Assembly (NCBI RefSeq): GCF_963676685.1 | Contig: NC_092346.1 | Coordinates: 105,834,001 to 105,898,000, forward strand | Reading direction: 5' to 3' | Length of the DNA: 64,000 nucleotides | Source: Mytilus edulis | Lineage: Eukaryota | Made by a program: the position numbers and the translations under genes | The notes under the pieces: generated by a model | The model's input: the letters and a program-made list of their open reading frames with translations, nothing else | The model's database searches: none | What the model was told of the DNA's origin: nothing | Shown: positions 1-12,100 of the stretch, in pieces | Layout of the letters: every line of letters begins with the position of its first letter | How positions within the stretch are numbered: the stretch's first letter is position 1

Positions 1-1515
1 TTGAATATGAATTTCCTTTTACAATTGCTACGCAGAGAATAATATTTCTTGATTAATGTTTATTTGTTTGTATATCCTGTATATGTATATGTGTGTGTAT
101 CGAGGGGTTAACTAATTAGAGAGAACATAAAGTTATACAAAATGATTTCATGATATCTAATATGTTCTAAATTGTCAAAAATGCCTAATGAAAAATCTTT
201 CAACGGATGAAACAAGATGTGAATAATTCCAATAGCTTTCATGACAAACATTTGTTAAGGTATCTACAAAAAAAAAAATTTGGAAGCCCCCCTCCCCAAA
301 AAAAGATAGCAATCCAAAATGTTTACCACATGTCTAGAAAGAACTACAAATAAAACTTAAATACACTTTACAAACACAAGGAAAACAACAATTTACTCGC
401 TTAAATTTAGATAAATTTGTGCGTAATCGTTGTCAGTATCAAACATATGTTTAATTGCTGTTACAACAGAAATACCATGCAACAATACAAAACTATATGT
501 AAATTTTCCATATCAAATAGTGTATGCACCATTTTAAAAACATCTGTCGTTATTTAGGTCAGATAAATATCAAGATTGTATGTCGAAGAAAACAAGGAGA
601 CAGTTTTGATATCCTTCATCGTAAAGTTTTAATATTGTACATGTAAAACATTGCATGCTGCAATCCATTAGACTTATTTCTTGATTTGTACGTAGTTGCA
701 TCTACTTCAATAAGAAAAAAATATATAAACAGAACTAGGACAATGACATTCACTGTGTTGTACAATGTATCACTGCCAGGACATTAACCTTCAGAGATAT
801 ACAAAATAACAGAAAAGCGGTATATGGTTCCATCAAAAGAGAAAAACATAAAAAAAAATGATACAAATTATGAATAAAAACGAGAAGTGACAAGAAAAAT
901 CACAAAAATACTGAACTCCGAGGAAAATTCAAAGCGAAAAGTCCCTATTCAAATTCCTAACTTGGTACAGGCATTTTCAAATGTAGAAAATGGTGGATTG
1001 AACCTGGTGTTATAGAGCTAAGATATGAGTGGTAAGAAGAATGATTTACATTTTTTTTTTATTGAATCCGTTGTTTTATTTCTCAAAAGTGAAATTAAAT
1101 ACGTATGCAATAAATTCTGTACAGAAAAACGTCAATAAACCATATGACCTTTTGACCACTACGAGTTATCCATGCAACCGACTTTAGGTCTAGGTTGTAA
1201 ACATTTGGTCTAATGTTACTAACATTTAATCAAACTTAGGTAAAAAAAATAAGGATAATAGATTCATGCAAGACTAAAATTACCAAAATAAAATACAATA
1301 TATACGAAATTTATGAGTTTTTAAACGAGCTGCCTTCGTCAGAATTTGCTTTTTGTCATTTAACAGTTTATTTTTTAGTTACCAAAAATAGTTCAGAAAT
1401 AAATCATTTGTTTTCGTGATTAGTATGGTTTTTTTTGCAAAAATAATTAAAGACAAATATCGATATATTAAAATAATGTTTTAGTTGTTTTAATTTGATA
1501 AAAAAAAAAGCTTAC

Positions 1516-1802
1516 CTTCGTAAAATTCGAACAAATTGAAGAAGCCCTAAAGCTTTATGCTGTTCTACATTATATTGCGGAAATTCTAACTGAAACTTCC
1601 ACTATAGGGATATGATGGTTAATGTATATCTAATATAGGTAATCATTGAAAATTCCCTTGGTATATTTAATAGTTCGGGATTTCCCTATAGTTTTATTTT
1701 TATATCCCACTCAATACCGTTTTCATACATAACCAAGCAGCGATCTATTTCTTGGCGGAAATATTCTTCTGGAAGAAGGAAGGAAGTGTAGGTAGGAATT
1801 CC
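1516..1802 (-). promoter_or_regulatory. Candidate NF-kB-responsive promoter and non-coding first exon of a gene running off the left edge
   Basis: GGGATTTCCC (1677-1686), GGGAATTTTC (minus, 1648-1657), GGAATTCC (1795-1802), and a strong donor AAG|GTAAGC at 1516/1515. Confidence 0.35.
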
Positions 1803-2039
1803 GTATTTTAATCTTATAATATGAGTTTTAAAAGATAAAACGCACTTATTCATATCTTCTGTTGCTAAAACAGTGTACGATAATTAATTATCAAATCTTT
1901 ATACACCGTGCATGTAATGTTAAGACACAGCATAGATGCAAACATTTACTTCGGTCAAAAAATATGCTTTTAGTTTAAGTACAAAATATAAAACTGCAAA
2001 TGGAGTAATAATAAACAAAATATCTTTAATTTTCTTTTA

Positions 2040-2840
2040 AACTGTCAAATAACAAATATACCAAACTCGGAGAAATTGTATAAACGGAAAGTCCCTAAGC
2101 AAAATCAAAAGCTCAAAAATATCAAACAGTAGATAACAACTATCATATATTTGACTTTCTACAGACATTTTGTTTTGAAGAAATTGATAGATTAAACCTG
2201 GTTTTATAGCTAGCTAAACTTCTGACAGTCGCATTAAATTTCATTATATTAAAAAATTATATTTAACAAACAGACATAATGGGTAAAAATGTCAAATATG
2301 AGGGAACAGCAGTCATCATTGCAAATATCCTACAACCGATAAACAAAAAGGCATATAACAAAGCACATTAGCAAATACGAAAGACAAGAACACTAAAACT
2401 TAACATAGTACAATAACACAATGACGGGTTGAATAAGTAGATATAGAAAGATATGGTATGAGTGCAAATGAGACAACTCTCCATCCAAATAACAATTTAT
2501 AAAGGTAAACCATTATAGGTCAATGTACGGCCTTCAACACGGAGCCACGTCAAAGGGACATTGCCAAAATAGACTAAACAGTAAAAGTAAAAAATTACAG
2601 ACAAATAAAAAGAATACTATAACACGTGATGAATATGATTAACAACGTTAGTACCTAGAATCTATAATCCTGGTCCATCGTGTATTATTTGTGAGTTCTG
2701 AATAAAATTTATCATTGATACCAGGATTAAATTTCATTTACGCCAGACGCGCGTTTCGTCTACAAAAGACTCATCATTGACGCTCAAATCCCCAAATAAA
2801 GTATGAAGTTAAAGAGCATTGAGGACCACAGTTTCTTAAA
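2040..2840 (-). repeat. Dispersed repeat (retroelement 3'/pLTR-derived) with a nested short repeat at ~2440-2548
   Basis: Shares GGAAAATTCAAA..GGAAAGTCCC and hammerhead-bearing segments with 895-1020, 5590-5700 and other copies. Confidence 0.55.
2741..2786 (-). ncRNA. Minimal type-I hammerhead ribozyme motif, degenerate (core C3->A), inside a dispersed repeat
   Basis: Minus strand: CGUCA-[A]UGAUGA-GUCU UUUGU AGAC-GAAA-C GCGC GUC-UGGCG. Stems I and II and a palindromic stem III are present. A more decayed copy lies at ~46200-46280 (+). Confidence 0.6.
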
Positions 2841-3009
2841 GGAATGGTAGACTTCACTGAAGAAACACACTTTGTTTTATTATGACCGTTGCATGAAATG
2901 CAGTGTCCCGATTTACAAATTTAGGCACCTAAGCTTACTACTGTACAATATGTTGAATGGCAATGTTGAGTAACACTAACACGAATTTGAAGTGTTCCAT
3001 ATCATTCAA

Positions 3010-3440
3010 GAACTTCGTGTAATTATTGCACAGGGAGCCAGCAAGGATTAGAAGTGTTCTGTTAATATCTGGAAGAGATATTTGAGTAAGACTGGCAATA
3101 GTAGAAAGTGTTTTGTATACGTATGATAATAAGTTAGGATAAGTTTTGTCAAGGGACACCAGCAAGTAAAAGAAGTGTTATGTTAAAATGTGGAAGATAT
3201 GTTTTGAGTAAGACTGGCAATAGTAGGAAGTGTGACTTTCGAACAGCGGTATACTACTGTTTTTATTTATGTATATATATGATAATAAGTGAGTACTAGC
3301 TTTGTTAAGGGACACCAGCAAGGGTACGTAGTGTTCTGTTAATATGTGGGGGAGTTGTGTTGATTTACACTTGCTATGGTAAGAAGTGTGATGTATACGT
3401 ACAGTAATTAGTGAGGAAATACTTTGTTAAGGGACACGAG
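3010..3440. repeat. Degenerate ~120-150-bp tandem repeats
   Basis: Recurring GGGACACCAGCAAG...AGTGTTCTGTTAATAT...GAGTAAGACTGGCAATAGTAG. Confidence 0.6.
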
Positions 3441-6123
3441 TGATAGTACAATAATCAAATGGATAATGCATGATATTTGGTGAGAGCACTGTTTATGTTT
3501 CTTAGTCTTAAGTTTTCTATGTTGTGTCCTGTTATTTGTCTCTTAGTCTTTTTCTTTTTAGTTGTCAGTTTATTTTCGATCTGTGAGTTTGAATGTGTCT
3601 CTGGTAACTTTAGCCCCTCTTTAATGACAACAGAACTAGTGGTTTTCACACTGATCATTACGGAATGTTTTGCAAAAAGAGTAAACGATATATTTAGGAT
3701 TTGGTTTAATTTAAATTGATATCAACTTTTTAACCCCCTCATCCCCTAAAAGACACCGATAAATGCTTTGCAAGGGATCACATAGGAGAATCCAGTATGT
3801 TGTTCTAAATTTAAAGATAAAAGTGTGTCTTCTAAAAATAGAAAATGTAATATTTATGTGTGAAAAGAAAAAACAACAAAACTCCAAGGAAAATTCAAAA
3901 CGGAAAGTCCTTTTTCAAAAGAGATTTATGCATAGATATCAGCATTATCATGACTTCAAAATTCAAGTGATTTGGCTAAATATTCGTATGCAGTTTATAT
4001 TCTCTATTGCTACTCGTGTTAATAGTTTTGTTGAATGAATTTTCTAACAGGTATTAATTACTTACGCTTAAAATTAAGTGATTCGAAAATATAATTATGC
4101 GTTCTTGCATATTTTAATTTAATGTGCAACATTTAGGACAACCACCATCAATGCGATTGATTTGCACAATGGTAAGTGTAAATGTACGAAAAGAAAAAAA
4201 GAAAGAAATATGAATTACATATACGTGTTCTGCTACTATGATAACTGAATGTGTAATACAATCAGACTGTGACATCCAGATGCAACTGGAAACAATCATA
4301 GTTAAGTTCCCGGATAAGCATACCAAGAGTTAATTAACCCAAAACAATTCAAATATTTTTTATGATATTTTCAATGACGTAAAAATGAAATTCGTGATAT
4401 AAATCCTTAAACACTTTTCAGTGTCCGCAAGTTAATCTATAATAACCAAATATAATACAGATTTTTATTTACACAAAATAAAATCTTTACATGAAGTTAA
4501 CAAAGGACGGTTTAAAAAGTAGGTCGACTGATATGTTATCTCATACCTGAACAGATTTGTATAGACAATCTTAAAATAAACAGGTATTTATTTGAGACGT
4601 ACAACTTTAAATATAGTAGTATATGATACAGTCACCTTAGACTATATGAAATCGAGGTTGGTTTTCTGTATGCTGACAAACTAAAAGCAATTGTTCTAAA
4701 AGTAAAGATTATTAGTTGTAAATGATAGTTTTAAAAACAAACATCTGATATTCAACAAATGTGTCAAAAATTGAAAAAAAAAGAAAGATATTACATTCTA
4801 AATTGATATAATATATAAGCAAACTAATAAGGCAATCATACCACATCTTCTTTTTTATAACACTTGTTTAAAACCATTTCTTATTATGTAAGTAATTTAA
4901 ATATTCGTTGGTTACAATCATAGTTTTTTCGCACTAAAATAACTAGTACAGAAACAGTTTTTTTTAAAGAATAAAGTAAAATTCAGATTAATTTTTTTTT
5001 GCCAATTCATTGAAAGTAATTTATGTTCAGTCCATTTATTTAAGCTTTTGAAAAGTTACTGCATGTTGTTTTAAATTGTCTCAATTATTTTCAAACTGGG
5101 AAAGCTGAAAGTATTGAAAATTAATTCATCGTGTTAAACATGTTTTATATTATAGGAATAAAAAAGTAAAAATAGGATTTATTCTACTGTTCTAAAAAAA
5201 AAAAAAGCGAAAATAAAAAAACCATGTAACCAATAAATGCTCTTTTTTTTTAGCAAACACAGATTCTATGTACAGAATATTAAGTCAGTACAAAACAAAC
5301 CTATTTATTAATGGTCAAGCATTTCTCTATTATAACATATAATTTGCAATGATAAAAACTTTTTCCATCAAGAAATATTTCAGTATAAGATATTTCATTG
5401 ATCTTCATGAATTGTTTCTTTTTTTAAATATAAAACATAATCTCCATCTATATACTTTTCATTTATTTTATGTAACAACGCTTTTACAAATAAAGATATT
5501 ATAAATTCAGTAAAAACCGGTTATGTATTTTACTCATATGCTTGTCTTAAAAAAAGAGGGACGAGAGATACCAAAGGGACAGTCAAACTTAAAATACTGA
5601 ACTGCGAGGAAAATTCAAAATAGAAATTCCCTAATCAAATGGCAAAATCAAATGATAAAACACATCAAACGAATCCTGACTTGGACATGCATTTTCAAAT
5701 ATAGAGATATTTACATAAAATCTGTATAACTTTGATTTGGTCATTCATTTTCTATAGAAAAAGTAAAGGTATAAAGGATTTTAGTGTAAAAGAAATAGTT
5801 TCAAATGGATAACAAATTAATCTTTTATGAAGACATTTAATATCCCACATGTACAGCTTTTAACATACACTAAGTACTATATAAGTAATCATTAAGGTTT
5901 GATAAATACTTGAAAAAGTGTCTTCTAAATATATCAATTAATTAATATGCATAGAAATGTATTTGTTAACAAAAAAATATTTTTCAACTGATTTCTATTA
6001 TAATAACTGCTAAAGATAAAAATTTGTATTTGACGAACAAATTGTAATACACTTTTGAGTCAATAAATTAAATCTCAATTTCAATCTCAATTTCAATCTC
6101 AATTTAAAGCATAAAAAGTGAGA

Positions 6124-9100
6124 TCATTGAAGAACATTTGATAAAAGAACTGCTCCAAAATATGTAGCATCCTTCGTGAGGTCAATGGTCGTACCAGCAA
6201 TTTTGTTTTGTATTTCTAAAACATCATTCTGCTGAACGAATAATACACTTGTTATGCTGCAAGTCTTCATCTTTTTGTTTTTATGACTTTTTGGTCCATG
6301 AACATAACTGTCGTTGCCTTCCACACACCTAAGTACAGTGTCAGTGTTTGGGTTATGCCGATGATGTATGATGGCTATTTCTTCCCTGGACAAAACATTA
6401 TTGAACACAACCTAAAATAACATATATCTATCCTACAATAACATATAGATATTTCTTCCCTGGACAAAACATTATTGAACACAACCTACAATAACATACA
6501 TTTATTTTTATTTTCAAAATTATTTTCCAGATTCTGTTAAATAAACAATTTTCAGTAGCCAGAGCAATCTAATACAGAATGTTTTAAAAGATTCCTTCAA
6601 TTACAAATATTTGATAAATTACAGGTTTATCTTGGAATTAAACAATGTTTTCTATGTAAAACATAGCGAACACTGATTACTGCGAAACCTTTTCTGGTAA
6701 ATTAACATTTTTTTTAGAGATATGATATAAAATGCCAACAAGTAACTATCAACCAGAGAAAACATTTGAAAAAGATAACTATATGCCATCGAATGGCCTT
6801 TAAAAATGAACAAAACCGATAGCATAATTCAAGCTATAAAAGGAATTAGTGTGAAAACGTGTGGAATAAACCAAAAGAGAAACGAAAGACAAAATATGAA
6901 AAACAGCTTCCAATGTCGATTACTGATTTTTCCCAATTAGTGATGTATTTGTGTGAATTCTTTAACAAATAACTTTAAATTTTCCGTCCTGAATATACGC
7001 GAGATATTTGCAAGCAGTCATCAACTAAAGCTCTACAAATCAATCAATCAATAAGTGGATCTTCAGAAAAACAAAGTCCAAACCAGTGGCTCTTTAACAA
7101 AGAAGCGGAAAATATCAAAGAAAAACATAAAGACTCGAAATTCAAAGAGAGACCAGATAAAAACACGGCTAAACAAACGTAAACGACGAAAAGACAAACA
7201 TCAGTCTACCAAACACGTCATTTAGTTCTGGGCAGCATTTATCACTCCAAAAATTATGGATAAACATCTCGGGTGATGTACAATGGTTAGCAGAACAACG
7301 CCTTCTGATTGGTTGTGTATAATTATCTAAGGTGATTCGCATTGGTTAGCAGAACCCGCCTCTAGATTGTTTGTGACAATAATTGAATAATTAATCTCCT
7401 ATCTAGATTACATAAGTTATCGGTGACAATCTGTCAAGCTGTGACTTGGTCGACAACTATTTTGAATGAGGTTTGATAATTATAGTTAAATACATGGACG
7501 ATGACAATATGATGCATTTAATATACACATTAAAATAACACAAAAAAAATACAAATAAACAAAACACTAATTAACATTATTCGGTAGGTTCTTTATCATA
7601 CAATTCTTAGGTTTCATATGTTACACTTGCGTTTCTCCCAATAAAAAATAATGGTCATTTAAAGTGGATTGCATTCTTAGTACCCAATAAATTATCGTCA
7701 ATAAAGCTATTTTTGGTCGGCCTTGAAATATTTTATCCATTATACTTTTCCGAAACCTCTTCCCCCACAAACAAAATGAAGAAACAACAACCAAATATAA
7801 TTGAGTCCACAAGACATGTGTTTACTGTACGAAGCATGTGGCACCTGACAGACGTGTCTCTGTTATTTGTTTTAGATTTCTAAAGTTTTGTTGTGAGCAT
7901 TCTTGATTCTAATTATAAACTTACGTGGAAGTAAACCAGATAGATCCCTGTTTCTTTGGCTTTATATTTCCCCTTTTCTGTATCATCAAATGGATTTTCA
8001 ACATTATTCCAATTTGATCTCTCAAGAAACGTCATAGTCTGACTGTTTTCTGAAAATAACATATGCTATAGCATCATATACTTTTTTTTATTTGAAAATG
8101 TATCAACATCAGATGTTAAATATATAATGTAAAAATTTTGTCGTAAGTATAATCGGTTTAGAAAATTGTCCATTAACTGGCATCTTTAATTACTTGTCTT
8201 AAATTGAACAGATATTAGTCAGTGAAAATTGGAATACATTTTGGTAAGTATCATGACCATGTGGGGTATGTAACAGTTTCCGTTATTACGCAAACCTCTG
8301 TTTAAATGTCAAATTATGATAATAGCATTTTGAGTGCATTTTGGAAAATACTGTAGAAAAACCTATTTTTATAACATAATTTATGTCCATTGACTACTTA
8401 CTTAAACTTGTATATGTTCTATTTCTACAAACTGTACCATGCCATATGTTATTGCATTCAACTGAAAAAAAAAACAAATTATTCACTCAATGGTTAAACT
8501 TTACAAATAAACGAAATAAACAAAAGCAAAAATGCATTTTAATACTGTACAGAGGAATCTACTAGACAAATACCGCCTTAATTTTTTCACTTGGTACGTG
8601 TAAAATTGTAATGGTGGGTCTTTTTAGAAATTCCTGAAGTAAATTTACAATACATGTGTCTTTCACAAATAATTTTGAAGCCCCAGTCCATCAATTGAAC
8701 ATTATAACGAGCGTTATGCTTATGATGCAATTAAACTATTATAGTTTTATATTTGTCACAGTGTGCAAAAGTTGAATCTCACTTAACTCTTCAATTAAAA
8801 AAATATGAAAGCCTGTATAATTAGTTGTATATTTTTGTAGGTTTTGATAATACTACTGCTGCTTTTACCTATACCTGATTTTCGTAACAGAAGGGAGGAG
8901 CTTCCAAGTAGGATATTGGACTGGTAAAGTAAAGAAACTTGTCAAAATTCTTACGAATTCCATCACAGTTTGGGTTGACTGTTATGGATTATCTTAGTCC
9001 CAGATGACCATGGGTATGTAACACTAGGGGTTCCTCAAGTCCGTTATCTTCGTCTCGTAGCTAGCCTCACTGCATACAACTTATAAGGGGATAATGAAGT

Positions 9101-12100
9101 TACATGAGCAATACGACGGGTGTAATTACTCGAACAAGAGCTACATACCCTTTCGAGGTATGAGTTTATGAGCCAGCGGTATTCTATAGGGTTTACTTGA
9201 ACAAGAGCTACATACCCTTTCGAGGTATGAGTTTATGAGCCAGCGGTATTCTATAGGGTTTACTCGAACAAGAGCTACATACCCTTTCGAGGTATGAGTT
9301 TATGAGCCAGCGGTATTCTATAGGGTTTACTTGAACAAGAGCTACATACCCTTTCGAGGTATGAGTTTATGAGCCAGCTGTATTCTATAGGGTTAATGTT
9401 GTTGACTCTTTACTTTTTTGTGAACCTTCCCCAGAATGTTGTTTGTCTTTTTTCTTTTCCCCATGTTTTTGTCTTTCCTCGACTTATAAATTCCTATTAC
9501 CTCGTTTGTCACTTCTTTTTCTTTTATCATTTCGGTTTTATTTGTAAGTGTGCATTAATTAAAGTTCATAATACTTAACCTTGACGTGAAAAATTAATAA
9601 GTACATGCAAACTTTTTTTAAAATGTTAAACAATGAGTATCATGCATGTACTTTTTTTATTTTTCAAGATATTTCAGAGCTTAATTGACCAGTTTCAAGT
9701 ATTAAACATAACATTTTAAATGAAACAAGTATACGCTTCTCAAAAAGGTTGTCTGGATTTAGCATAGCATATGTAGTAAAAATATTACTGATAAAGGATC
9801 TCAGATAAATGAGGCTTGAATTTGTGTTTTTGCGAAAGTTGTTTATTGCTTCAAAAACTGTATGTAAGAAATATATCTTGATTGTCATATTGTTAACTGA
9901 TTACTGTGAAATTTAAAAAAAAAAAAAACTTGATAAAGACGTTCTCTTGGTTCTTAATTTTAGTGATTGCTTCTTAACTAGATATCAAAAGTTAATTTAA
10001 GCATCAGTGAAAATATAAGGGTGACTAGTCTAAAATGTGAATGATGTGCACCATATTCTCTATAACCATTTTTTGTCTTTTCCCAGATCTTGTCCTCATG
10101 GTTAATGTCGCGATCGAAGTCAGAAGTATAATGTGCTGCTTTTATTTTCATCTGAAAAAATAACTGACAGGTCATGAATAAGATAATCATTTGCATTCAA
10201 ATGATATTTTAAAATAAGTAAAGCATATTAATTTGATGAATTTACAAATAAAAGTATGTATACGGTACATGGACAGAAGAACTATACTTAACAACAAAAT
10301 TATTTTAATTTACCTGTGTATTATATGACGTAATTTGTTTTTCAAATTTGATGTTTTTCTAAAATTGTTTAACATTTCACAGCAGTTTTATACTTTTACT
10401 TTAATAATTCATTACTTATTATTATTAACTCTGTATTTACATTGTATCACAGATCAAATGTATTCTTGAATGCATTGTGTGTTTATTTGTGTCACTTCGT
10501 TTTTTGATGGAGTAAAGTCATTCCAATTATATTTTTTAGTGTGTCTTTCTATGTTGTGATGTTATACTACTGTTATATAAAGAGAAGGTTTGGTAACATT
10601 TTTTTAAATGTTTAATCCCGCTGCAATTGTTTGCACCTGTCCTAAGTCAGAAATCTGCTGTTCAGTGGTTGTCGTTTGTTTACGTGGTTCATAAGTGTTT
10701 CTTGTTTCTCGTTTTTTATATAGATTAGACCGTTGGTTTACCCGTTTGAATTGTTCTACACTAGTATTTTTTTGGGCCCTTTACAGCTTGCTGTCCGATG
10801 TGAGCCAAAGCTCCGTGTTTAAAAAAACCGTACCTTGACCTATAATGGTTTACTTTTATAAATTGTGACTTAGATGGAGAGTTGTCTCATAGGCACTCAT
10901 ATCACATGTTTCTATATCTTTATACAGTACATGTAACTATGGCAACACACGAAATACTATCAGATAAGCAAGATAGTCTATTCTGTATGCAATATGTGTA
11001 TCATCGCACGATCATATTATTGTTTTTCACTAGTTAAATTTACTCATTAAGGTCTTTCCTCTACAAGGGACAGACCTTATTGTTTTTCTTCCGTTTTTTC
11101 TTCCAACATTGTTTTGGCATGGCCTCCCCCCATTTCTGTTGAAGTTAACAAGACCAAATATGGACCATAGATAGACCTCATCATGAAGTATAACCAGATG
11201 ACCCTATTAAGAATTTCATTATCCCCTTTACAAGTTATCTCCCTTTTATTTGATATTTTTGACATGCCCCCCCCCCCCCCTCGTTGTTTATGAAGATATC
11301 ATGACCTTATTTGGACAATAGGTAGATCTCATAATGATGTATCACAATATGAGGCTGCTAAGGATTTAATCATTCCCTTTAAGAGTTATATCCCCTTGAA
11401 GCTATTTCTTTTATTTGCATTTTTCTTAAAAAAAGTATTAGAGATAGAATCGAATTAAAAACGGCAACATGTTGTTATCAACCCTTATAAGGAGTAATTT
11501 CTCTTGAAAGATTATACACAATTTTTGAAAAATTCTTATTCGAGAACCGGACGTCGTAGAGACTTGGAACCTTCGACAATAATCTTAAGTTCATGTGACC
11601 TTTAATTTGCACCCAATGTCAAAGGCCACTGAGTTCAAAAAAAAAAATACGCTGCAATTTCAATCTTACATATTAAGAAAACGATAAGAGTTTGCTGCAT
11701 ACATACTGTGTATAAAATGTTCCTCTGGACGAGCTCTACATTTTATACATTAAGCCCAAAAATGTCCGACCGTCTGTTCAAAAGTTACGACGAGATAATT
11801 ATTAAAAGTACAGTATTGTTTGTATATCTTTGAAAAGGTAACAGATATGAACCTACTGTGAATTGCAAAAATGATCAGTTCTTTAAGACCTTCAATTTGA
11901 GGTCAATGTCAGGTCATGATGAAATTTAACCTTGACCTTTAAAGTGAACTATGACCTTGACCTTGTGATATTTGAAAGGTCAAGTGGTCCTGAGTTGAAT
12001 GGTGATAGTCCCATGTCTCTACGACTTCCGGTTCTCAAGTTTGGTATTGCATCATATATTTGATGATTCATTGTGACCTGGATGAACTTTGAAATTGTCC

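Noticed and set aside
8868-8920. Possible extra exon in the collagen TNF gene
   Set aside because: Phases do not fit flanking exons without a frameshift and no homology to paralogues; the model is complete without it.
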